From the IMG/VR virus record IMGVR_UViG_3300027844_000349, positions 1 to 57,411 of that record: a stretch of DNA of 57,411 nucleotides. One strand, 5' to 3'. The first letter of the stretch is position 1, and each line of letters opens with the position of its first letter. The DNA comes from a virus. Taxonomy: Duplodnaviria; Caudoviricetes. Below the pieces are notes generated by a model. It made no database searches. It was not told where the DNA came from and saw only the letters and a list, made by a program, of their open reading frames with translations. Both the position numbers and the translations under genes were made by a program. Shown in pieces: positions 26,086 through 35,888 of the stretch.

Positions 26086-28106
26086 TATAGCTCCTCCTCA
26101 TCCTCTCTAAGAACATCTGGATTCTGTCTATGGTTTCCAGTAGGGTTATATCTAGAGAAGTCTTTATGGCCTGGGTTATGTGGTGAATTTATATGTACAC
26201 CAGGGTCAAGTCTAGCTTTCTCTATGTGTACTACACCTGAACCGTTTAGGTTGGCTACATAATCGACTGAATCTTGTGCAAACCACATCTGTGTCCCATC
26301 AGGAGATACTTGTTTAATGAAGGGCATAGTAAATCCTTTTTGGATTAGGCTCTCTACCCATGTCTGAGAGTCGTTCATCAATGACAGCTCATTTTTAGCA
26401 GCTCTAGCATCAGCATAGTCATCTATATCTCTTTCTTCGTGAGGCAGTTTATCCTGCCAGTCAGGAGTTCTCCCCCCAGTACGACCTTTAAATTTACGTT
26501 TGTGCTTAGGGATAGTTTTTAGGAGCATTGCTTGAATAGCTTCCATACCTTCTTCTCCTTCTTCTCCCTCAGGAAGTTCTTCTTCACCCCCCTCTTCTTC
26601 CCCTTCTTCATCTCCCCCCATGAAATTACCTGGGGCTTGCTCTTGTTGTTCTGTCTGTTCCAACTGTTGTTGCTGTTGCTCTAACTGTAGAGCTTGCTGT
26701 TCTCCCTGCATTCGTGCAGACGGAACCATCTCACCAGAAACTATAAATTCTGCTTCCTCTAGAGAAACATCTTGGTCTTTTAGAACCACCTCAAAACCCA
26801 TGTTAGCATATTGATTTGCAACTGCAATCTTTTGCTGTGCAAATTGAATACGAGTAGCTTCAGCTCGTTCTTCAGGCTGTGGTAATTCTAATGTCCAATC
26901 AGTTATACCAAAAGCTTCTAAGAGCTGTGGGAAAACCTTCTCATGGAAGAGCCTCTGGTCACCTTCAACCACACGGCTCATTACAACTAACTGTTGTGTT
27001 TGAGTAGACAATCCGCCAAAAGCCTCAGGTGCACCTTGCCAAGCAGGAGTCACACCCCACATAGCAGCTACACGTTCTCGTATCTCTGCTCTCACAGGAA
27101 GATAATCCATCTCCTGTAGTGTGTGGAACAGCCGTACCATATCAACCCTACCTCTATTATTCTTAGCTGATACTGCTATCATTGGAACAAAGTTAGGGTC
27201 AATACGAGTTTGAGCAGCAATGTTAGCACGTTCTCTACGTAGACTCTCAGGGTCATCCGTAAAGACCATCATCATAGACCCAGGCATCTTACGCTCAAAG
27301 AAATATCTATACAAGTTCTTATCCATTCCAATCAAGGTTAACACCTTTTCAAAGATGGTAAGAAGAGGACTCCAGCCATATGTTTCAGAAGGAAAGAACT
27401 TAGAAACGTGAATGACTTCATTCTCAAATAAATAGATGTGCTGACTGCGATGATAATACTTATACATTACAGGCCATCGGTCACGGTCACAGCTTGACTC
27501 TTTACAGATGCCTGGAGTATCCGCTACAGTATCTCTATGGAGAGGACACACGAAATGAGAATTCTTAGGTAACCCCGCCATGTCTAGGTCATATTCAACT
27601 AAGGCAGGATTGAGTCTACGAATCTCCTTTACTTTAGACCTCACTGTTTTTCCATCATCATAGAATTCTTTAATTAAATAGAGGAAGCCATCGTCCACGA
27701 TATTAACATCGAAATGGAACTGTCGTAATACTTCTTCTAACGATTGGTCAAAGACGTTACAACTTGCCAGAAGCTTTTCCATTCTTTCTCGCTGTTCTGG
27801 GTCAGGGTTTTCTACTAAAGGTTTCCAATTGATTCCTCTTCGGAATACTTCACCAGTGATATGACTTACGGGTGAACGTACCTCCTCAACAGACATAGAT
27901 ATGGTTTGAATATCCATAACCAGCTGTTGACGATAGGCCATTTGATGGCGTACCCATGTATTAACTACGTGGTCTAAGCCGAATGAGGGGGAGGAGGCTG
28001 TCTCCCCCGCTGCTTTCATAAGCTCTAGTGTATTAATCTGAGAATTAAGCTCAGACATTTGTTGAGCCATCGCAGGAACTTCGGGTAAATATTCAGATAA
28101 TCTCAT
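26085..28106 (-). CDS. portal protein with acidic/Gln-rich C-terminal extension
   Basis: YGWSPL, NLYRYFFERKMPG, EMDYLPVRAEIRERVAAMWGVTP. Confidence 0.85.
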   Translation of the reverse strand: MRLSEYLPEVPAMAQQMSELNSQINTLELMKAAGETASSPSFGLDHVVNTWVRHQMAYRQQLVMDIQTISMSVEEVRSPVSHITGEVFRRGINWKPLVENPDPEQRERMEKLLASCNVFDQSLEEVLRQFHFDVNIVDDGFLYLIKEFYDDGKTVRSKVKEIRRLNPALVEYDLDMAGLPKNSHFVCPLHRDTVADTPGICKESSCDRDRWPVMYKYYHRSQHIYLFENEVIHVSKFFPSETYGWSPLLTIFEKVLTLIGMDKNLYRYFFERKMPGSMMMVFTDDPESLRRERANIAAQTRIDPNFVPMIAVSAKNNRGRVDMVRLFHTLQEMDYLPVRAEIRERVAAMWGVTPAWQGAPEAFGGLSTQTQQLVVMSRVVEGDQRLFHEKVFPQLLEAFGITDWTLELPQPEERAEATRIQFAQQKIAVANQYANMGFEVVLKDQDVSLEEAEFIVSGEMVPSARMQGEQQALQLEQQQQQLEQTEQQEQAPGNFMGGDEEGEEEGGEEELPEGEEGEEGMEAIQAMLLKTIPKHKRKFKGRTGGRTPDWQDKLPHEERDIDDYADARAAKNELSLMNDSQTWVESLIQKGFTMPFIKQVSPDGTQMWFAQDSVDYVANLNGSGVVHIEKARLDPGVHINSPHNPGHKDFSRYNPTGNHRQNPDVLREDEEEL

Positions 28107-28110
28107 GTTT

Positions 28111-28543
28111 TTAATCCTTGCTTAAAGTTTGTATATCTGACATAGAAGTAAGTTTAAGTAGTGTATTCATTGCCATTTCTTTAAGTACAAAACCCTCAGT
28201 ACGGTCAGGCCGTTGTTTGAGTATAGACATTTCCTCATCATATTCTACTAATTTTTCCCGTAAATCCAAAATTTCTGACTCTTTCTCTAGCAATTCTTTA
28301 TCCATATCTGTCTGTTCAGTGAACGCTGCATTAGCTAACACACCTAAACGAGCAGCTTCCTTTACTAGTCCCAAGAAAGCACCCTCAGTTATTAAGGTTA
28401 CTGCATCACTGTCATCTGGTATTTCCCCATCAGGGTCTAAAGCCCTTAGGTCGTCATGCCATGTGTCTAGAACTCTCCACGTTCCCGCCGCATCTTTAGT
28501 TGCTACGTATTGATTATTCCTGTCTCTTAATGTATTTCCTATC
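28111..28543 (-). CDS. hypothetical protein
   Basis: start moved to ATG 28543 after GAGGAG. Confidence 0.65.
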
Positions 28544-28555
28544 ATATTCTCTCCT

Positions 28556-28672
28556 CTAATGTAGAGGGCATATCCCTCTAAATATACTATTTTCTGTTGG
28601 GGCATCTAACATAATCATGGTTTCTGCTGCTATAATAGCTATTATAACACAAACCCCCAAAATTATTATCAT
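28556..28672 (-). CDS. small membrane peptide
   Basis: MIIILGVCVIIAIIAAETMIML.. Confidence 0.4.
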   Translation of the reverse strand: MIIILGVCVIIAIIAAETMIMLDAPTENSIFRGICPLH

Positions 28673-28676
28673 TCCT

Positions 28677-30524
28677 TTAGCTGATTTCACAAGCACTCCA
28701 TCCACAATTCTTACAGGAACTGCACCCAGCTTCCTGAACAATCAAGGGAGTATCGCAGTCACAGGTTTCTATACCTTGTTCTGCAATGCCTGTAGTTAAA
28801 ACCTCCTTAACTCTGCTACCTGAACGATATACGGTTATTCCTTTACATCCCGTTTCCCAGGCTTGTAAGTATGCTGACTGTACGTCTTCTCTAGTTGCTT
28901 CGTTAGAGAAGTTAATGGTTTTTGATATCCCTGCATCTACTGAATCTTGGAATGCTGCCTGCATGGTTACATGTTCTGATGGAGATATGTCTGGTGCCGT
29001 GACATAAACATCTTTTGCCCACTGAGGAACATCTTCACGTTCTTTAATAGAACGACCTTTAGCTAGATGCTCCATCAAATCGTCCGAATAGAAACCGTGT
29101 TCCTGTGCTGTATCCTGAAAAAATTTGTTTACATAGTACAAACTCTTACCTTCCAAGATGTTTGACTTTCTCCATGCTAACGCAAAAGTTGGTTCAATTC
29201 CGCTTGAAGTATCAGCAATCATAGAGATAGTTCCTGTGGGAGCTACACTTAACCTACAGGCATTCCGATAGGGTTGATGTTGACCGTAGTCACTTTCTTT
29301 CCACGATGGGAAGGTTCCTCTAATCTCTCCCAATTCTAATGATGCCTGGTCAGCAATGTCTCTAATAAATGACATCAAGACTCTACCGATGGTCATAGCT
29401 ACTTCACTATTATAAGGAATCTTCATAGCAATTAGCAAATCAGAAAAGCCCATTACACCTAAGCCAATCTTTCTAGTTGCCTTGGTCATAACATCTATAT
29501 CAGATGTAGCATATTGATTTGCATCAATGACATTATCTAGAAAACGTACAGATAGCTTGGTTATATCGGCTAACTTCTGCCAATCAATCCGTGTTTCCCA
29601 ATCACCAGGCATATCATCATTCTCTAACCCTTCATGAAAGAACTTAATCAAATTGATAGACCCTAGATTACAGCTTTCATTACTGAGGAGGGGTTGTTCT
29701 CCGCAAGGATTGGTTGCTATCATATCTCCATGTGCATCCTTAACATGGTTATCCTGATTAATACGATCAATAAATACTACACCAGGCTCACCATTCTTCC
29801 ATGCCCCATCAATAATTAAACTGAAGACATCAAAGGCATTAACCCAAGATGTTATTTTATTAGTCGTAGGGTGAATTAGTGGGTACTCAGCACGATTCAA
29901 TACAGCTTTCATAAAATTAGTATCTACCCCAACACTAATATTAAAATTATGTATATCCCCTTCAATGGTTTTACACTTAATAAACTCAATTATATCAGGA
30001 TGGTAGATGGACATAACCGCCATGTTTGCCCCATCCCGTTTCCCACCCTGTGTAATCATACTCGATACACGGGAAAGTGTCTTCAATATTTCTATCGGGC
30101 CACAGGCTTTTCCTTGAGTAGTATTTATGGGGTCACCCTTAGGACGGATTTTAGACAGGGCAAAACCTGTACCTCCCCCAAACTTCTGTACCATAGCTGC
30201 ATCAGTAGCAGTCTTCATAATATCTTGCATACTATCTTCTAGAGGAAGGACAAAACATCCTGATAATGTTCCTGCTGGAGTACCAGCATTCATCAACGTA
30301 GGTGAATTGGGTAAGAAATATAATTCGGACAGCATACCATAAAACTCATTCTGTATAAGTTCTATCTCCACAGGCAAAGTCATATACTTCTGCTCAACAG
30401 AAGAAATAGCTTTAGCTACCCGTGTAAACATACCCTCCGCATTTTCTCTAGGTTTCCCTTCGTTATCCTTTAAATAATAACGGGCCTCTAAAATTATTTC
30501 CGCTTGTTCAGTCATCGTCACCAT
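28677..30524 (-). CDS. nrdJ: class II (adenosylcobalamin-dependent) ribonucleotide reductase
   Basis: PNSPTLMNAG, SGCFV, GGGTG, TNPCGEQPL..CNLGS, APTGTIS, KGITVYR, C-terminal CxxC; no nrdB partner in the window. Confidence 0.9.
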   Translation of the reverse strand: MVTMTEQAEIILEARYYLKDNEGKPRENAEGMFTRVAKAISSVEQKYMTLPVEIELIQNEFYGMLSELYFLPNSPTLMNAGTPAGTLSGCFVLPLEDSMQDIMKTATDAAMVQKFGGGTGFALSKIRPKGDPINTTQGKACGPIEILKTLSRVSSMITQGGKRDGANMAVMSIYHPDIIEFIKCKTIEGDIHNFNISVGVDTNFMKAVLNRAEYPLIHPTTNKITSWVNAFDVFSLIIDGAWKNGEPGVVFIDRINQDNHVKDAHGDMIATNPCGEQPLLSNESCNLGSINLIKFFHEGLENDDMPGDWETRIDWQKLADITKLSVRFLDNVIDANQYATSDIDVMTKATRKIGLGVMGFSDLLIAMKIPYNSEVAMTIGRVLMSFIRDIADQASLELGEIRGTFPSWKESDYGQHQPYRNACRLSVAPTGTISMIADTSSGIEPTFALAWRKSNILEGKSLYYVNKFFQDTAQEHGFYSDDLMEHLAKGRSIKEREDVPQWAKDVYVTAPDISPSEHVTMQAAFQDSVDAGISKTINFSNEATREDVQSAYLQAWETGCKGITVYRSGSRVKEVLTTGIAEQGIETCDCDTPLIVQEAGCSSCKNCGWSACEIS

Positions 30525-30536
30525 AAATCCATCCTC

Positions 30537-32177
30537 CTATCCTCTATGTCCACAATATATACATAATTTATTTTCTGGAACCCAGAATGTCGAATTGCAC
30601 ATCGCATCTTGGCAGTCAGGGTTAGGGGCTTCTAAAGCCTCACTCGGAACTGCTGGTTGGAAGTTTAAGTCAGGCATTCCTCGTCCAGGCATCTTGTCTG
30701 GATCCTCTTCTTGTCCTTGTTCTATGGTGGTAAACCAATCCTGTACGTTCCCCAACATTTGAATCTTATAGATAGTAGTTTCATATGCAGCCGATAGAGC
30801 CATCGCAATAGAGAAGAAAGCATCTCCATGTCCTAGTGGAGTTTCAGGGGCTTTCAATTCATTGTTTACCGATAGTATCTGCTGCTTCTGCCGTTCATCT
30901 TTAATAAGATGTAGATTTCCTGAGTGTAGATATGTTTCAAATATCTGTGCCATAGTATTTTTACTTCTGGTTGAGAAGATCATAGGCTTCCAAATATTAT
31001 CTAACCCACGTTCTTCAAGCTCACCTCTTGTATTGTCTACGTATCCTTTATTTAAATCGAAATTCTCAGATACTTTATTTAAGTAATCAATTTGGTCAGA
31101 ATAGTTCCACCCATCTAAAAAGGAAGAATGGACTTGTTCTATTGTATCACCTCTGCGTCTAAAAATAACTAGATGAGATGGATGACGTTTCTTACCTACA
31201 TCAAATCCTGCAAAGAACTGGTCATCTTCCTCACAGGGAAACGGGATAGTAGCATCACAATTAATTAATGTACTAGATTCACACTTCTCAAGGTCTTCTG
31301 CTTCAAAATAAGATTCTGTCGAGAAGTGAGGAATCAACATAAACTCTGAAGCAAAGGACTTAGGACGAGCTTTCTGCTGTTCTAATAGCCATTCTTCATT
31401 ATAGAGTTCAGGCATCAATACTCTACGTCCAGGGACAGGATCTAAAGCTGGGAGTACCCTAGATTTAAAACGGCTGTCCTCCTGAAGTTTACTAAGGATA
31501 TCTCCAGGCATCATTGGTGTACCCAACACAATGACTGGTACTCCCTTCAAAGGAATAAACAGTGATTCCGTCATAAAGTGGTCTTCTACTTTAGTTATCT
31601 GTCCCATGTTCAAAGGGTTCTCAGGGTCACGCAGAATATCATCCGCAATCAAGGCACCATTAACATGCATACCCCTCTTAAATGAAAAAAGACCGCCGTG
31701 CATTATATCGGCAGGCTTATCATTAATTGAATATCTAAAGGAGTAATCTGCTTTAGGGGATTTATTATTCATCCATGACATAAGAATAGGATTTCTCTTT
31801 ACAGTTTTATTAATTTCTGCTATATGATACTGAGCCATACCATCACTATAAGATAGATATAATACCGAACAGTCTCGTGGGGCAGTCAACAATCTCCAAA
31901 CACTAAAGGCATGGCCTAGAACTGTACTCTTAAAATGGAAACGTGGGAGTACAGCCACGTAATTTAATCCCGTTTCTAAGCACTCTTCTATATCATCTGC
32001 CACTAGTTGTACATGCCAAGCTTTAAAGTACTCAGGGTTATCGTAACTTTGACTCCATATATTTATTAGGAATTCTTTAAATGTGCCAACCTTATATTTT
32101 TTATCAGACAACAGCCCGTCCGCTAGGCGCGATAAGGCACTATCGTAAGAAACGTCATTACTATCTTTACTAGGCAT
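30537..32177 (-). CDS. terL: terminase large subunit
   Basis: LPRFHFKST (Walker A), LIADD (Walker B), LGTP, AGFDVG, HGDAFFS. Confidence 0.85.
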   Translation of the reverse strand: MPSKDSNDVSYDSALSRLADGLLSDKKYKVGTFKEFLINIWSQSYDNPEYFKAWHVQLVADDIEECLETGLNYVAVLPRFHFKSTVLGHAFSVWRLLTAPRDCSVLYLSYSDGMAQYHIAEINKTVKRNPILMSWMNNKSPKADYSFRYSINDKPADIMHGGLFSFKRGMHVNGALIADDILRDPENPLNMGQITKVEDHFMTESLFIPLKGVPVIVLGTPMMPGDILSKLQEDSRFKSRVLPALDPVPGRRVLMPELYNEEWLLEQQKARPKSFASEFMLIPHFSTESYFEAEDLEKCESSTLINCDATIPFPCEEDDQFFAGFDVGKKRHPSHLVIFRRRGDTIEQVHSSFLDGWNYSDQIDYLNKVSENFDLNKGYVDNTRGELEERGLDNIWKPMIFSTRSKNTMAQIFETYLHSGNLHLIKDERQKQQILSVNNELKAPETPLGHGDAFFSIAMALSAAYETTIYKIQMLGNVQDWFTTIEQGQEEDPDKMPGRGMPDLNFQPAVPSEALEAPNPDCQDAMCNSTFWVPENKLCIYCGHRG

Positions 32178-32178
32178 G

Positions 32179-32670
32179 TTACTCCTGAGCCACCAATGAT
32201 TTTAATTTAGTAGCTATACGTTGGATAACTACTTGGTCAGATACTTCTTCAACTAATATATTTAGTACGGACTGAACAAACTGTAGGTTTATCATTCCTT
32301 CCATAACTTTACGCTCACCTTGAATACTCAGGTCTAAAACTTTAGCTGCATCAAAAGCCCTATCAAATTGAAGTACTCCCAATGCCGCCCCTGCTTTATG
32401 CCTCATACCCTCATATTCAGTAAGATGCTCTGTTTGAACTCTAGCAAATCTCTGGCCCTCAGATTCTTTTATCCTCTCCATAGCCTCAGTTCTAGCTAAG
32501 TTCTTTTGTTCATTCCAATTATACTGCTTTGCCCATACATATAATGTAGGAACTTTCACATCAGAAGAAAATTCCACATTAATCTGGTCAACAATTTTTG
32601 GGCCTGATATGCCCTCTACCCACAGCTCCATAGCCCTGAGTTTAATTTCTTGGTCATATACTTTTGGCAT
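32179..32670 (-). CDS. putative terminase small subunit
   Basis: N-terminal HTH (TLYVWAKQYNW) plus helices; immediately upstream of terL. Confidence 0.65.
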   Translation of the reverse strand: MPKVYDQEIKLRAMELWVEGISGPKIVDQINVEFSSDVKVPTLYVWAKQYNWNEQKNLARTEAMERIKESEGQRFARVQTEHLTEYEGMRHKAGAALGVLQFDRAFDAAKVLDLSIQGERKVMEGMINLQFVQSVLNILVEEVSDQVVIQRIATKLKSLVAQE

Positions 32671-33113
32671 TATATATATGACTCAAAGCCTTGGTCAATC
32701 TTTGAATTCTGAGATTCAAGGCTACCTCCAAAGGGAGTACCATCTGATTGAAGCAGCTTAGAAAAATCTACATGACCAGTCTTGCCATTCTTAGCACTAG
32801 TAAAGCAAGTAGGGAACACCCGCTTCTGACTACCAATCTTATAGGTATTGCTCATAATTGCTATCTCTGTCCTTGAACACACATTAGTAAAGCTGGGGTC
32901 ACCCAGAGGTACGTAATTTTTATTGGCTAGGATAGAACCCTTTGTTTTACTTAAACCTTTAATATGGACATTCCAAAAACATTCTTCATAATCACAATAT
33001 ACTATCTTAGCATATTGCTCTCTAAATTCATCTTCAGTTAGTTCCTCAGGAAGTACATCTTCACTAGGTCGCTGGGGTTGTTCCTTACTATTAAAGTAAA
33101 ATGTTAAACTCAT
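32670..33113 (-). CDS. hypothetical Cys-containing protein
   Basis: VYCDYEECFWN..C..C. Confidence 0.6.
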   Translation of the reverse strand: MSLTFYFNSKEQPQRPSEDVLPEELTEDEFREQYAKIVYCDYEECFWNVHIKGLSKTKGSILANKNYVPLGDPSFTNVCSRTEIAIMSNTYKIGSQKRVFPTCFTSAKNGKTGHVDFSKLLQSDGTPFGGSLESQNSKIDQGFESYI

Positions 33114-33573
33114 CTTTATCCTCCATCTTTCTATATAGAGCTACACATGCTGCATCACAATAATCTTGCTCTTTGCTATTAATGTTTGCCCATTTTTCTA
33201 TTGCAAATTGTTTAATGAAAGCCTTATCAGCTTTACCTGCTTGTAGTACCCAACGTTTCCATACTTTATTATCGACAGGCATACAAGAATATCCATTACG
33301 ATAACAAATATACTTTGCCCCTGCTACTACCGCAGCAAGAGCAACCGTTGTTTTAGGGTTCTGGATATAGATAGCCGCTTCTACAGCAACTAGCAAATCA
33401 CCTATATCTATTTTACTCAATTTCTCCTCAAATCCTTCTAATATTTCATAGAACCTATCTTCATAATTTGAGGCTAGACTAAACCATTTAAATTGCTCAA
33501 TGATATTTTCCTCCTCATCAAGGAGAACACCATGAATAGCTTTAGTTGAACAGTCTAATCCTAGATAGTACAT
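33091..33573 (-). CDS. ruvC: RuvC-like Holliday junction resolvase
   Basis: LGLDCST, VAVEAA, WKR..GKADK, DYCDA. Confidence 0.8.
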   Translation of the reverse strand: MYYLGLDCSTKAIHGVLLDEEENIIEQFKWFSLASNYEDRFYEILEGFEEKLSKIDIGDLLVAVEAAIYIQNPKTTVALAAVVAGAKYICYRNGYSCMPVDNKVWKRWVLQAGKADKAFIKQFAIEKWANINSKEQDYCDAACVALYRKMEDKDEFNILL

Positions 33574-33577
33574 TATA

Positions 33578-34420
33578 TCACACTTTCCTACTAGAAGTTG
33601 TATACTCTAGATTTTCATCTAAACCTGTAAGTGCAGATTCATAGTCATCAAATAGAGCAGGGTATTTAGTTTTTAAGATGCCTGCGATTTTATTAAATAC
33701 TAAGCGTATTTCCTCTTCAGCATGTTCATCAGTTCTCATTTCAATTATATGTCGTGCAGCTCTGATATTACATGACCACCCAATGTTAGTTGCTAGACCA
33801 ATGGGGGCTACTCGTCTAGCAGCAGATGTATAATATTTCTTTTTGCTGAACGGGAGGTCATCAAAAGGTATGCCCTCAATGACCTCAGCACGTTCTATAA
33901 GCCGTGCGTATTGGAGTTCTAGGTATTCCCACGTTTCTTCAAATATATCCGTAGAATTCTCATCTCCTGCATATGCTTGTGGTATCCAGAGGCCCATATC
34001 TTCCAGCCTTAGAAACCGCAAACTCTCCTGTGATATAGCAGTGCCAGCCCTGTGCCGTACTAGTTCATGGGTAACTACCCGACTAGTATCACAGATCATA
34101 AAAGACACCCACCCATGTTCCAATACTGAACCATGACCTATGTTAATTATATTCTTAAGGTATGAGGAGTTATCTCCACGTACTTTAGTAAGATTAGGAT
34201 TTAACTCTGTCCCGAAAGACTTATAACATCCTCTGCCCATGACTTCAATCACTTCCCTCAAGTCACCTGGGCCTTGCCCATTACGTCCCTCATTACCATC
34301 CCGATTACCCTTCTTAGAAGTCCATCCTTGTGCACCAATATGGTCTAGATAGCTGTGAAGGGCAGCATCATTCACAGTATTCTCAGCTATCATAAATACT
34401 TGCGGTTCTACTCTATGCAT
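33578..34420 (-). CDS. thyX: FAD-dependent thymidylate synthase
   Basis: GHGSVLEH, SRVVTHELVRHR..SQESLR, HAEEEIR. Confidence 0.92.
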   Translation of the reverse strand: MHRVEPQVFMIAENTVNDAALHSYLDHIGAQGWTSKKGNRDGNEGRNGQGPGDLREVIEVMGRGCYKSFGTELNPNLTKVRGDNSSYLKNIINIGHGSVLEHGWVSFMICDTSRVVTHELVRHRAGTAISQESLRFLRLEDMGLWIPQAYAGDENSTDIFEETWEYLELQYARLIERAEVIEGIPFDDLPFSKKKYYTSAARRVAPIGLATNIGWSCNIRAARHIIEMRTDEHAEEEIRLVFNKIAGILKTKYPALFDDYESALTGLDENLEYTTSSRKV

Positions 34421-34913
34421 AGTCTCTCTCCTTATAAGTACGTAAGGCTACAATTCTGGATACCGTTTGAAAGCCTGACGAATAAGCTTTAAGAAGACCC
34501 TCAATTCTAGTATGAATAGTTTCATACTCAATCACAGTCTTTCTCATCTCTCTCAGTTCATCATACGCTCCAAAAGCAGCACCCCTAACTTCTTCTCTCG
34601 TAAGTTTTTTCTTACCAATTATCTCCCGTTCCTCAGCCAGCTTAAAAATTGCTGAGGAATATGCCTCATCAAAAGCCGCTTCATATGCATTCTTCTTAGA
34701 AGAAACATCAGACAGTTCACGCTCTAGGTGGGCTTTATACCCACCATACACTGTAAGGAAAAGCTCAAGTTTCTTAGTATCTGCATTCATTAGAGTAGAG
34801 AAATCAAGTTCTTCCCTCTCCCCCAAGTCAATCCGCATTGCCGGTACATTTACTTCTTCTACATATTGATTAGCTTTTCTAACCGCTGATTGTGGAGTCC
34901 ATCTTTTTTCCAT
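34413..34913 (-). CDS. helical protein, UvsY-like recombination mediator (tentative)
   Basis: all-helical pattern in the RecA/nuclease cluster; start at ATG 34913. Confidence 0.45.
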   Translation of the reverse strand: MEKRWTPQSAVRKANQYVEEVNVPAMRIDLGEREELDFSTLMNADTKKLELFLTVYGGYKAHLERELSDVSSKKNAYEAAFDEAYSSAIFKLAEEREIIGKKKLTREEVRGAAFGAYDELREMRKTVIEYETIHTRIEGLLKAYSSGFQTVSRIVALRTYKERDYA

Positions 34914-35619
34914 TCGGCACCTCTTTACATCTACAATATTTCTCGCCAGTACACACAATAGGAATGGAAGTCATCTTCATAATATTAAGACACTTGTCCA
35001 CTAATTGTTTCCAGACCTCCTCACTTTTTACTACACTAAAACACTTTACTTGCTGGTCATTTTTATTTTCGTATAGAACTATCCCATGTTCTATATTCAT
35101 AATATTTAAATAGATTTGTAGCTGCAAGTAGTGGTCACTCTTGGGGTCAGTAATCAACGCCTTAAATCCTTTATCATTGATAGATTTTAATTCAACAATA
35201 GTTTTACCATAAACTTCATGTTGTATCATATAATCATATCTACCTGAAATAGGGGGGCTATCAAATTTAGTTGGTTTCTCTTCATCTATATAAATTCCCA
35301 ACTCTTGAAAGTATTTAGTGAATCTTAATCCTAAGTAGTCACCACAATCAAATATCCTTCTAACATTTGCAGCTATAGGACTAGAGGGCATAAGCCCATT
35401 AAAAGCTAAATACACATATCGTTCACAAGGACTACTAACAATGGAAGGATAGAATGTACCGCCTCTACTAGGATAGGGTTGTTTTATTAAGCCATCGTTT
35501 ATAAATTTAATTAGCCAAGCATCTTGATTAATTGCTACGGGGTTTGCGGGTTTAGTAGTTCGTCGCTTTCTAGACTTTGGAGTAGGTACTCCTCTTCCAA
35601 TTTGTTTAATGCCTGCCAT
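34879..35619 (-). CDS. Cas4-like PD-(D/E)xK exonuclease
   Basis: PCERY, GRYD, VELKS, QLQIY, C-terminal C..CRC (Fe-S ligands). Confidence 0.8.
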   Translation of the reverse strand: MAGIKQIGRGVPTPKSRKRRTTKPANPVAINQDAWLIKFINDGLIKQPYPSRGGTFYPSIVSSPCERYVYLAFNGLMPSSPIAANVRRIFDCGDYLGLRFTKYFQELGIYIDEEKPTKFDSPPISGRYDYMIQHEVYGKTIVELKSINDKGFKALITDPKSDHYLQLQIYLNIMNIEHGIVLYENKNDQQVKCFSVVKSEEVWKQLVDKCLNIMKMTSIPIVCTGEKYCRCKEVPNGKKMDSTISG

Positions 35620-35888
35620 AATGTATCAGTCACCCCTGTCTTAGAATTTTCTTTGATATGCAGAATATTTTTAACTCCATATATACGCATTAAATCTGCA
35701 TCTCTTTTTATATCTCGTTTCTTGAGATGTCCATATACACCATCTGCTTCAATTATCATTCCTAGCTCAGGAACAAAGAAATCCGCAATATAGTTACTTA
35801 TAGGGACTTGGGTATCATAGCGGAGTCCTAAGTCAGATAGGACTTCCGCTATCGTGTTCTCTTGTTTAGTATAATCCCTAGGTAACAT
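35535..35888 (-). CDS. DUF559/Vsr-like endonuclease
   Basis: YIADFF..IIEADGVYGH..DIKRD. Confidence 0.8.
   Translation of the reverse strand: MLPRDYTKQENTIAEVLSDLGLRYDTQVPISNYIADFFVPELGMIIEADGVYGHLKKRDIKRDADLMRIYGVKNILHIKENSKTGVTDTLWQALNKLEEEYLLQSLESDELLNPQTP

Noticed and set aside
34879-35619. Cas4-like gene as evidence of a CRISPR-Cas system
   Set aside because: No cas1, cas2 or array; solo Cas4-like nucleases are common in phage recombination modules.
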